Assembly (NCBI GenBank): GCA_041660565.1
Contig: JBAZWC010000001.1
Coordinates: 430,481 to 494,480 of the forward strand
Origin: Patescibacteria group bacterium
Lineage (GTDB): Bacteria; Patescibacteriota; UBA1384; CAJBMM01
DNA length: 64,000 nucleotides
Reading direction: 5' to 3'
In this document: one piece after another, positions 18,967 to 28,167 of the stretch
Numbering within the stretch: the first letter of the stretch is position 1
How the letters are laid out: each line of letters opens with the position of its first letter
Notes under the pieces: model-generated
Database searches by the model: none
The model's input: the letters and a program-made list of their open reading frames with translations, nothing else
What the model was told of the DNA's origin: nothing
Made by a program: the position numbers and the translations under genes

Positions 18967-19050
18967 GATTTTTGCAATCTATCGCCGCGTTTTCAACGAC
19001 CGGATCCAGATTTTTGCAATCTATCGCCGCGTTTTCAACGACCGGCTCCA
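18967..19050 (+). repeat. tRNA-linked tandem repeat, 2 x 42 bp, each ending like the tRNA 3' end
   Basis: gatttttgcaatctatcgccgcgttttcaacgaccgg(a/c)tcca twice, followed by terminator 19052-19080. Confidence 0.9.
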
Positions 19051-19208
19051 AAAAAATTCTCCGCCAGGGAGAATTTTTGTTTGTCTTAAATATTAGTAGA
19101 CCGGTCCCGAAAGCGATGCCATCGGGACCGGGTTGTGCACGACCATCGCGCCCGTTGCCTAACCAAGGGATGGAAAGCGCTCTGCTTCCCAAGCCCCGCC
19201 GTGACGGG

Positions 19209-19250
19209 TTAGGTAACGAGCGGGGTCGCTGGTGTTACGAGGACCTTCAT
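19209..19250 (-). CDS. Putative 13-aa micropeptide MKVLVTPATPLVT in its own transcription unit (about 19096-19340)
   Basis: SD aggagg-6nt-ATG; promoter ttgaca-17-tatttt at 19311-19339; terminator hairpin 19100-19131. Confidence 0.45.
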   Translation of the reverse strand: MKVLVTPATPLVT

Positions 19251-19548
19251 GTGAGTCCTCCTGGGTGAGCGCGGTGGTGGCTTTGGACATCTAGCCTGGC
19301 GCTCATCAGTAAAATATCAAAAACGATTTTCGCTGTCAACAAAAAATAGAGCGCACGCTGATTTGCCAAATCCGTTGCCACCCTTAAATATCCCTAGTAA
19401 TCCTTAGCGATTCGAAAATCGCCTCTCCATTTTTAAATAAATTCGAGATTCCAAAAGTTTAAAAATTAAAAAACTATTTGACATTTGTCATTAGAAATTA
19501 GTCATTAGACATTTTCTATATAGATTCCGGATCAAGTCCGGAATGACA

Positions 19549-20556
19549 TCAGAGTTTTTGACCCACCAGTACTGCTTCTTCAACCAATCTGTTGGCATAG
19601 CCCCATTCGTTGTCGTACCACGCCACCACTTTAACCAAATCGCCATCTACCACCTGCGTTAACGACAGATCAACAATCGACGAAAAGTGGCTCCCAATAA
19701 AGTCCGACGATACCAGTGGCTCTTCGGTATAGGACAAAATCCCCTCATAGCGCTTCATTTTATCCACCGCTTTTTTGAACACCTCGTTTACCTGCTTGAC
19801 GGTGGTTTTTTTCTTCAACAAAAAGGTAAAATCAGCCAATGACACCACCGAAGTTGGTACCCGAATTGCCAATCCATCAAACAAGCCCTTTAGTTCCGGC
19901 ACTACTTGATGAGCAGCGCTGGCGGCTCCGGTAGATGTTGGCACAATGTTCATACCAGCACTTCTGGCGCGGCGCAAATCTTTGTGCGGCCCGTCTTGCA
20001 GATTTTGGTCGGCAGTGTACGAGTGGATAGTGGTCATCATCGCCTTTTTCACTCCAAACTCGGACACAATAATTTGGGCAACCGGTGTAATACAGTTGGT
20101 GGTGCATGAAGCATTTGAAATAATTTCTTCTTTATTGTATTTGTTGTCGTTGACCCCCATCACCAGCGTAACCGCACCGTCTCCCTTTGCCGGAGCAGAG
20201 ATAATTACTCGCTTTGCTCCTGCACTAATATGCGCATGGGCGTCTTTTGGATCGGTAAATCGCCCGGTGCACTCTAGCACAATATCGACATTTTCTTTTT
20301 TCCACGGCAATGCTTTGGGATCTTTTTCGGCGTGAACTTTAATCTTGTGACCATCGACCACCAAATTGTCCCCTTCAACGCCAATATTGGCATCGTATTT
20401 GCCATAGTTTGTATCATATGATAGTAGATGCGCCAGCGTGGCAGGATCGGTTAGATCATTAACCGAGGCGATGTTAAGCATTGGTTTGGTAAGGGCAATT
20501 TTCAAGGCGTTTCGCCCAATTCGACCAAATCCATTTATCGCGATATTGATAGACAT
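19549..20556 (-). CDS. gap: Glyceraldehyde-3-phosphate dehydrogenase, type I
   Basis: INGFGRIGR, SNASCTTNC, WYDNEWGY. Confidence 0.98.
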   Translation of the reverse strand: MSINIAINGFGRIGRNALKIALTKPMLNIASVNDLTDPATLAHLLSYDTNYGKYDANIGVEGDNLVVDGHKIKVHAEKDPKALPWKKENVDIVLECTGRFTDPKDAHAHISAGAKRVIISAPAKGDGAVTLVMGVNDNKYNKEEIISNASCTTNCITPVAQIIVSEFGVKKAMMTTIHSYTADQNLQDGPHKDLRRARSAGMNIVPTSTGAASAAHQVVPELKGLFDGLAIRVPTSVVSLADFTFLLKKKTTVKQVNEVFKKAVDKMKRYEGILSYTEEPLVSSDFIGSHFSSIVDLSLTQVVDGDLVKVVAWYDNEWGYANRLVEEAVLVGQKL

Positions 20557-20680
20557 AGTACTCCTTAATTTGAAATTTGAAATTTTTAATTTGAAATGTA
20601 GACCACGCTTTAGCGTGCTTGAGGAAAACAGACTAAAGTCTGGACTACGTATATTAGGTTACAAATTTAAAATTCGTCAT

Positions 20681-21625
20681 TTATTTATACATTATGCCAG
20701 TTTTGGCGCCAACTTTCATCACCACGCTCTCGGAATTAGCCAGCCCGTGCTCGAGCGCGTTTTTGAAGGTCATGCCGTGCATCAACCCGGCCACTGCGCC
20801 ACTACCCAGTGCGTCTCCGGCACCGGTGCTGTCAACCGCTTTAATATGATGAGGCGTTAGCGAGACAGTATTCTGATGATCAAATGCCCATATTGGATTT
20901 GCGCCATCTGACACAATCGCTTGAACAACTTTCATTTTTTTCAATTCCTTAACCGCATTTTCAGAAGTAATATTTTGCTGAAAAATCATCCCCGCTTCTT
21001 CTCGATTGATAATTAGCAGGCTTATTTGTTTAAACCAACGCTCCAAGTGCATATAATCAATTTTAAGATCTAGTTTGCCCGGATTCCACGCGATTTTAAT
21101 ATTATTTTTATTGGCCCATTGCCACACGTGTTCAATGCTAGGGGCAAGCCCGTTAAGCGATGTAACATACACCCAGCGAGACTTTAGATTATCCAAAACC
21201 GCCAGATCGTCTGTGGTTAAATGCCCGGCCGACCCACGATCGGTTAAAACAGTGCGCTCGGCATTTGGATCAATCAAAATAACCGATTGACCGGTTTTGC
21301 CGCCCTTGGCTACGATTATATGGTCGATTGGAATATTATCTTGGCGTAAATCGTTTTTAACCAAATCCCCGGCATGATCTGAGCCAACTTTGCCAATAAC
21401 AGTAGCCAAAAGACCCTGACGCTTAAAAGTAACCGCAGAATTGGTGGCGCCGCCGCCGCTTTGCTGGATAATGGATTCAACATCGGTTTTTGTACCCAAC
21501 GCAAAACATTCATCCACCCCAGATGGCGAAGCCGTGTCATTATGCTGATGCGCGTTCTTTAGCTTAACTAAAGTATCAAGCAATGAAGCACCAATCGAAA
21601 TACAGTCAAAATCTTTACTCATCAC
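20681..21625 (-). CDS. PfkB/ribokinase-family carbohydrate kinase
   Basis: GGGATN and DSTGAGD signatures. Confidence 0.9.
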   Translation of the reverse strand: MMSKDFDCISIGASLLDTLVKLKNAHQHNDTASPSGVDECFALGTKTDVESIIQQSGGGATNSAVTFKRQGLLATVIGKVGSDHAGDLVKNDLRQDNIPIDHIIVAKGGKTGQSVILIDPNAERTVLTDRGSAGHLTTDDLAVLDNLKSRWVYVTSLNGLAPSIEHVWQWANKNNIKIAWNPGKLDLKIDYMHLERWFKQISLLIINREEAGMIFQQNITSENAVKELKKMKVVQAIVSDGANPIWAFDHQNTVSLTPHHIKAVDSTGAGDALGSGAVAGLMHGMTFKNALEHGLANSESVVMKVGAKTGIMYK

Positions 21626-22467
21626 GCCTTCCCCACGCTGCCAAACATCACCATTTTCTGCTTGACTACTTTATTGATTGAGTCTCTGCCGGCACCAATA
21701 ATCTCTCGGATATCATAAGCCTCGCTATTTGATCTTAAAAACTGCCGCACCGCTGAGCTGAAAGCTAAACGCAAATCGGTATCGATATTAATTTTGACTA
21801 CTCCGTTTCGAATAGCGATATGGATATCTTTAAGCGAATTTCCCGAAGCACCGTGCAACACTAACGGAAAATTACAGGCTTCTTGAATCTGTTTCAACAG
21901 ATCAAAATCGAGTTTTTCTTCGGCAGTGGTGATGCCATGAGCGTTACCAATCCCAACCGCCAGCACGTTTACCCCGGCTTCACGCGTAAACTTTACCGCT
22001 TCCGCTACATTGGTCTTAATTGGTTCTTTGTTTTCGATGTAATCTTCGCGTCCCATCACCGCACCCAGCTCGGCTTCAACCGAAGCGCCATGCTTTTTGG
22101 CCATCGCCACCACTTTGATAGTCTTGGATAAATTATCCTCAAAACTATCATGATTAAAATCTACCATTACCGAAGTGTATCCAACTTCAAGGCATTTTTG
22201 GGCGATATCTACAGTGCGGCCATGATCCAAATGGATTACAATCGGTACTGTTGATTTTTTAGCCATCTGTAAAATAACACCAGTAAGATTGTCGAACCCG
22301 GCATAATCAAGCGCTTTTTCGCTGGTTTGTACAATCGCCGGCGATTTTAGTTCCTCAGCCGCTAAAATTACCGCCTGCGCAGATTCAATATTGGTTACAT
22401 TAAACGCGCCGATTGCATATTTACCGGCAAATGCATGCGGAACTATCGCATCTAGTGATACTAGTAT
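21622..22467 (-). CDS. fba: Class II fructose-bisphosphate aldolase (probable AUA start)
   Basis: HLDHG, EAELG, GNAHG, LVLHGASG, KINIDT. Confidence 0.93.
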   Translation of the reverse strand: MLVSLDAIVPHAFAGKYAIGAFNVTNIESAQAVILAAEELKSPAIVQTSEKALDYAGFDNLTGVILQMAKKSTVPIVIHLDHGRTVDIAQKCLEVGYTSVMVDFNHDSFEDNLSKTIKVVAMAKKHGASVEAELGAVMGREDYIENKEPIKTNVAEAVKFTREAGVNVLAVGIGNAHGITTAEEKLDFDLLKQIQEACNFPLVLHGASGNSLKDIHIAIRNGVVKINIDTDLRLAFSSAVRQFLRSNSEAYDIREIIGAGRDSINKVVKQKMVMFGSVGKA

Positions 22468-22537
22468 ATTCCCCTCCAACTACTATTATTTTAGCAGAAA
22501 GATCGTAGTAATACGAAATGCAGCTTACAGTATTCGA

Positions 22538-23158
22538 CTAGTTGCTCTGTCCTTGTAACGATAATAGACTTTCTTCCGGATTTGGTTTATTAAAAATAGC
22601 ACTGTGAATCACGGCTGCATCTGCGTGACCAATTAATTCGAACTTTGACTGCTCTATCCCACCATCTACTGCCACAAATAAATCTGAATTAATGTTTTTA
22701 ACTTCGGTGATTTTCCCAATCATATCTTCTTGAAACGGACGCCCGCTTTCACCCGGACTAACCGTTAAAATTAGCACACTCGAAATTGAATCAAGATACG
22801 GCCTAATTAATTCAACCGGGTCTTCGGGCGACAGTGCAACACCTGCTTTTAGGTTGAGAATTTTGGTTTGCTCTAAAAAAACACCAAAAGTTGCCGCTTT
22901 AGGATGAGCATAAATATAACGCACTTTTTCAGCCTTAATACCATCCAGATATCGCGCCGGGTCCATTACCATCAAATGCACATCACAAATATTGTGCTGA
23001 ACAATGTTAAGCTGATCGCTTACGCTAGGCGTTGCACCCGGCACCAAAGTGCCATCACACACATCCAAATGCACCACGTTGGCCACCAATTTAACCAAAT
23101 CAACCTGGTTTCGAACTTCTTCAAGATTACGAGCTAAAATGGACGGGATAATCTCCAT
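22538..23158 (-). CDS. rpe: Ribulose-phosphate 3-epimerase
   Basis: IIPSIL, HLDVCDG, DVHLMV, VDGG. Confidence 0.92.
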   Translation of the reverse strand: MEIIPSILARNLEEVRNQVDLVKLVANVVHLDVCDGTLVPGATPSVSDQLNIVQHNICDVHLMVMDPARYLDGIKAEKVRYIYAHPKAATFGVFLEQTKILNLKAGVALSPEDPVELIRPYLDSISSVLILTVSPGESGRPFQEDMIGKITEVKNINSDLFVAVDGGIEQSKFELIGHADAAVIHSAIFNKPNPEESLLSLQGQSN

Positions 23159-23162
23159 TACG

Positions 23163-23603
23163 TCAATCCAAATCGGTAATTTTTTTTAACCGACGTATAT
23201 GACGTTCCTCGGCAGAAAATGGGGTGTTCAACCAGTTATCCACAATTTCAATAGCCGAATCCTCGCTTAAATAAGCCGCACCCAAGCACAAAACGTTAAT
23301 ATTATCATCAGATTTGACCCGCTCGGCCATTGCCGGTAACGCCACCGTACCCGCTAAAACACCTTTAACTCTATTTGCCGCCATACACATTCCCACACCG
23401 GTGGCGCAAATTAAAATTCCAAGATGACTTTTTGGATCTTTGCTTATCTCTTTTGCCACTTTAATGGCTAAGTCGGGATAATCCACTGGATCTGCGGTAT
23501 CGGTGCCAAAATCTGTTACCTTAATTCCCCGACCTTTCAAAAACTTTACCACGCTTTTTTTTAATTCCACCCCAACGTGATCATTAGCGATAAAAATGTC
23601 CAT
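23163..23603 (-). CDS. rpiB: Ribose-5-phosphate isomerase B
   Basis: DHVG, DYPD, GILICATGVG, NVLCLG, RH.RR. Confidence 0.93.
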   Translation of the reverse strand: MDIFIANDHVGVELKKSVVKFLKGRGIKVTDFGTDTADPVDYPDLAIKVAKEISKDPKSHLGILICATGVGMCMAANRVKGVLAGTVALPAMAERVKSDDNINVLCLGAAYLSEDSAIEIVDNWLNTPFSAEERHIRRLKKITDLD

Positions 23604-23611
23604 AATTCCCC

Positions 23612-23745
23612 TAATTTTAAATTTTCAATTTTTAATTTCAAATGAAAGGCAACCAATTTTAAATATCTAAATAAGGAACCTTTTTAAATTTTATCATTCG
23701 GTACTTATTCATTTAAAATTTTGCCTTTAAAATTTTAAAATTGTT
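23612..23745. repeat. AT-rich heptamer-repeat hairpin element (inverted homolog at 55911-56080)
   Basis: The reverse complement matches caattttaaa..ggcaaaattttaaatgaataagtaccgaatgat..ggttcctta at 55911 onward. Confidence 0.8.
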
Positions 23746-23805
23746 AGTGAGATATTTCTCAGTTTTTTTAAGCCAATTTTACGAAATTAAAATTACGCTC
23801 GAATA

Positions 23806-25596
23806 CTAGCTTCCCACCACTCCAACTTGGTTACTATTTGTCTCCACAATCTTCCTCACCGCGCCACCGGCAATACCCACAATGTTAGTGGTTTTTGCCC
23901 CATTGAGCGATGTCCCCACAATCACGTAATTTTGATCCGGTGTCAACATAATGCTAGCTGCGCTGCCGGTACTGGTCAATTGCGTCTCATTTTTGCCATT
24001 ACTATCCGCCACAAAAACGTCAGTTTGGCCGTTTCTAGTATCAATGTAAACCCAACGCCCAGACGAAGTCTTTAACGTCACACTATCCAAACTACCCGGA
24101 TCGTAAATAGTACGAGTATAAATACGATCGCGTACCGTAGGCGTGGCGGTTGAATCGGTCTGATTAGGCGTAGTGTTGGACAAATTAATATCCAATGTTT
24201 TGTAGTTATAACTGGAATCGCGATAGCTGTACCGCACCGACGTACTAGTCAAAAAATACAAATCTTGACCCGAGTTAATCTCGGCGTTACTAATACGGCG
24301 CAAATTAGAACCATCAATCTTAACACTAAAAATACCCTTGGCATCGCTTAAACCAGGCGTACCGTCGGCTACGCCGTAGGCATCTTGAGTGTAAACCACC
24401 GTCCCGCCATCACTACTAACACTCATGGTCACAATACTTGTCAAAATGTTGGTAGATGTGGCTGGCAAAACATTCAACTGAATTCGAGCCTTGGTATCAG
24501 TCCGATACGCCATAATTGCAGTTTGGCTTGGCGATGCGCTACTGGTGTAAACATACACGATGGTGTTATTCGAAGCCCAGCGAATGTACTTTGGATCATT
24601 GTCGTCGGTTGCTTTGGTAATGTTCCCGGCCGTGTCTTTTAGATACAGCTTTGTGGCCGCCTGACCGCTTTGAACCACTCCATCACGATCAGATAGAAAG
24701 GCGAGAGTTTTTTGATTTGGTGATAACAACGGCGCAGTATTACTACCCGTATATTTATCGGAAAAGAGATTTTTCGGCGTAGCGCCCGTTACATCGGTAG
24801 TCAACAAATCAATCTTACCACCCTTTTCCTGCTCAAAAATAACCGATAACTTTGGCTGCATTTCTGCCTTAATAGCACCAAAGGTTTTGTCTGATTTGAT
24901 GGTAAAACTCTGCTGCCAATCAATATAACCGGTCTTTGTAACCTTAATTTGGGTTACATCAGCTTTAATCATAAGTGTAAACGCGCCACTGGCATCGGTA
25001 TCCCCCGCCACCGTACCGGCCAACAATTTTGCCTCAGCAATGCCCTTACCGGAAACGTAATCTACCACTGTTCCGGTTAAACTAAACGTTTTGTCGGGCG
25101 CTTTTTCCAAAATAATGTCAGGCAACGGGTTAAGCCCGCGATAAAGCGTGGCATCAAAGGTTTGCGGTGAATAATCGGTCTTAGTGGCGGTAACAGTAAT
25201 TTTTCCGCTAATCAAGCCGGACATGTTGGCCACTCCATCACTATTAGTGGTAGCAGAGACGCTGTCGATCATCACCACCGCACCGGCAAGCGGTTTATTA
25301 GTGTCTTTTTCCATCACCCGCACCGAAACTTGAGCGGCATTGTACCAATTGCTAAATTTGGTAAATAAATCAAATTGCCACACGCAAAAGCCGGCAACAA
25401 TCAAAATAATGGTCACTAATACTGAGATGACGATTTTACGATTAAACGAGATTTTTAGCTCTACGTTAGATGGTTTTACTTTGTGCTTTGAGTTTGACTG
25501 ATCGGGCTGATCGTCTTTTTCCTCGGCACTCGCGGCTTTCTGATCGTTGGCTTGTGCTTCTTGGTTGTCATCCGAATTGTCAAAAGTCAGATGCAT
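23806..25596 (-). CDS. Membrane-anchored protein with carboxypeptidase-regulatory-like/PEGA domains and a TolB-like beta-propeller
   Basis: Single TM, PLAGAVV..D....TNSDG repeats, SPNQKTLAFLSDRDG WD40-like motif. Confidence 0.7.
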   Translation of the reverse strand: MHLTFDNSDDNQEAQANDQKAASAEEKDDQPDQSNSKHKVKPSNVELKISFNRKIVISVLVTIILIVAGFCVWQFDLFTKFSNWYNAAQVSVRVMEKDTNKPLAGAVVMIDSVSATTNSDGVANMSGLISGKITVTATKTDYSPQTFDATLYRGLNPLPDIILEKAPDKTFSLTGTVVDYVSGKGIAEAKLLAGTVAGDTDASGAFTLMIKADVTQIKVTKTGYIDWQQSFTIKSDKTFGAIKAEMQPKLSVIFEQEKGGKIDLLTTDVTGATPKNLFSDKYTGSNTAPLLSPNQKTLAFLSDRDGVVQSGQAATKLYLKDTAGNITKATDDNDPKYIRWASNNTIVYVYTSSASPSQTAIMAYRTDTKARIQLNVLPATSTNILTSIVTMSVSSDGGTVVYTQDAYGVADGTPGLSDAKGIFSVKIDGSNLRRISNAEINSGQDLYFLTSTSVRYSYRDSSYNYKTLDINLSNTTPNQTDSTATPTVRDRIYTRTIYDPGSLDSVTLKTSSGRWVYIDTRNGQTDVFVADSNGKNETQLTSTGSAASIMLTPDQNYVIVGTSLNGAKTTNIVGIAGGAVRKIVETNSNQVGVVGS

Positions 25597-25692
25597 ATTC
25601 TGCCCCTTTTATTTAAGATTAAGCGATCGGACCAAAATATGCAACAAATCCTTCGACAAAACCAGGAATCTAATCCTGAGCTTGTCGAAGGA

Positions 25693-25769
25693 TGGCGCGA
25701 GCGACCGGACTTGAACCGGCGACCTCCACAGTGACAGTGTGGCGTTCTAACCAACTGAACTACGCCCGC
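25693..25769 (-). tRNA. tRNA-Asp(GUC)
   Basis: Reverse-strand cloverleaf, loop ctGTCac, encoded CCA. Confidence 0.95.
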
Positions 25770-26029
25770 ATTTACCCCGTTCTGCGGGGTTAGTATTACT
25801 ATAACACATTTGGAGGATAGAAAATAGAGGGGATCACGACCTGTCATCCCCGCCCCGCTAAGCGGGGCTAAGGAACGCTTAGCGTCCCGACATTTTATTC
25901 GGGGATCCAGAAAAAAACCTAGAAGTATTTTTCATAGACTGCCCCGAAGTAAGTTCGGGATGGCTGGCGCCAGATTCCCACCGAAGTCTACCCCGAGCTT
26001 TGCCTCGGGGCGGGAATGACAACCTGCTC

Positions 26030-26700
26030 TTGACTCACACCACTGTTTTTGCCATAATCGAGGTGTTAAGACGCATAGGGCGTTGATCTTGAACAACTTG
26101 CCCCATCGCAACCGTGGATACTGCTTACCTCTCGGAAGCGATGGCATCTCCTGCAAAAGTATTCAAGGAAGCCCTGTGCGCGTCGCCCCCACTCCCGAGC
26201 CCGGTCAAATGGGGCTCAAGTCCCGTTCAAAAAACGGAGAAGCGTATGAAGCAGTTCGTCGCCTAACCTATCAGCGGGGTGGTCTCGGCAACACGCACCT
26301 GTTGGATAGGTTGCGCGCCCGGACCATTAGATGTCCACTCTCGGTCGGCGTTGAGCGGATTAGATACCCGCTTCAGGTCGACCACGTCTGTTAGGATGTC
26401 GTTGTTTGTTGAACAGAGGCGCGGTGGGTGGGCGAACCCACCTCGCCTCTGGCCTCATCGTCACACATCATCCGCCAGCCGCGCAGGAAACCGCGCATCC
26501 AGCCCCACCTTTCTTCCTACATCCCTTTAAGCGAGGTTCGCCTCGTGTCCCAAGTCGCGCCCCCTCCCAGCCCGGGAGTGGGGCGCTTCTCATTTCCGTC
26601 GCCTTTTCACACCTCCGAGGTGTTTGCCGTTGCCACGGTTTCACCTCTGAGGAGTGAAATGTCTCTGTCCTCCGTCATCAGTCATCTGTTTTCCGACAGG
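26030..26700 (+). ncRNA. Putative long structured transcript, unit C (ncRNA or micro-ORF mRNA)
   Basis: ttgact-17-cataat promoter; 5' hairpin plus boxA-like tgatcttgaacaact; many stem-loops; terminator-like hairpin 26557-26595; no credible long ORF. Confidence 0.5.
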
Positions 26701-26704
26701 GGTA

Positions 26705-27850
26705 TTGACAACCATTTTTATTCTGCTATAATGGATCATGTACGCCGATAAAGGCGTTGACCTTGAACAACTGAAAATCCATATCCTCGTCCGGTTAGAG
26801 TCTGGTTAAACCGGCTTGTGGACAGGGTCCACCAGTGGTTCGGGATTGACGCCTTTTCGGCGTTTTGACAAGTTATTAGTCGTTTTTGCCCTAAAATCCA
26901 GCACGTCGAAAGGAAGCACGTCCATGAGGGTGCACGAGCCGTTCGTGAACTTGGAGAAGAACATATGCACGTTCGACGGCAGCACCGGCAACTCGATCAG
27001 CCCGGACGCCGGCCTCAGCGCGTGACCGCCTCCGGCGCCGCCTAGGCCACGGGCCTCGGCGCGCCCAACACGGCGCGTAGCGTGGTGCACGGGGCGCGGT
27101 GCGGCGAGGAGCGTCCTCCCCACCGCGCGCCCGTGGTCTCACAGCTGTTATCTTCCTTGAAGGGAGGCGTCGAGATGAGAGTCGCGACGTCGGGATTCAC
27201 CTAGCGGAAGCTAGGTCGGCCTACCCCGCGGTGTTCGGGCCAACCGGTTGGCAGAGGCACACCCTCTCGCCGGCTGGCGACACTGTGGGTCACTCCCTCC
27301 CCCGGCAGATCCGCCGGGAAAGGAGACACCCCCATGAACCTGCACCAAACCCTGGCCGCCATCAACGGCGGAGGGTAGCACGCGCTCGGCGGTTCGCGTC
27401 TGAGAGTCCGGGTACACCCCGGTTAAGATGAGGGGATCCGACACATAACGCGGATCGTGATCTAGTCGCACCTGTGAGAGTAAGAAGCTGTCCGTGGGCG
27501 GCTAACCCACGGAGCGCATCGATGGAATCTGCGCGAGCAGCGTCGCTGGCATAGGCCGGCGGTCATCTCTGCCGCAAAGCAGGTTCCGTCCTCGGGGCGG
27601 GCGTCGCACAGAGGGCCGTGATTCACTGGCCCCGTATGACACGCCTGGCCCGTCGCGACGCGGAGGGGAACTCGGCTGAACCAACCCCCTCCGCCTCGCC
27701 GTACGAAGTACAAACCGGCGCGTAGCGCGCCACACTACCAAATCGATCCTGGGCGGGACTCCTTCTCGCCCAACATGCCCGCAGCTTTGCATCCTGCGAC
27801 CATGGCTCGGCCGCTTCCCATCATCGGGGGGCGGCCGTTCTACTTTTTAT
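26705..27850 (+). ncRNA. Putative 1.1-kb structured transcript, unit D (ncRNA or micro-ORF array)
   Basis: ttgaca-16-TGc-tataat promoter; 5' hairpin plus boxA-like tgaccttgaacaact; more than 20 short hairpins; terminator 27808-27850. Confidence 0.55.
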
Positions 27851-28167
27851 ACACCTTTTAGAGGTGTTTTTTTGATTGAAAGAACGTAGCCCAAGCTTCT
27901 TGAACGTGAATTGGGAAACTATAATGTCATTTCGACCCTAGGAGATTGTCAAATCGACTATGTTGGAGAAATCTGAGAAAGAATCCCTTCCCGTCTTTTC
28001 TTGAGATTTCTCCACCCTCGAGACAACGCTCGAGGCTCTGCCCGTAGGCTACGCCCGGAGGGAGTCGAAATGACAGATTGTGGTCGATGGTTTGCAACAC
28101 ATAAGATGATCTAGTATTTTTGTTAAAAACGTCTTAGAATAATAATCGACAACATAAAGGAGTTTAT

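Noticed and set aside
18967-19050. Possible CRISPR array
   Set aside because: Two contiguous units with no unique spacers and no cas genes in the window
26083-27792. The 70-110 aa ORFs listed in the track across this region
   Set aside because: Overlapping, Arg/Pro/Gly-rich, without SD sites or motifs; expected by chance in GC-rich DNA
26030-27850. rRNA gene or fragment suggested by the boxA-like leaders
   Set aside because: No universal 16S, 23S or 5S motifs could be recognised on either strand
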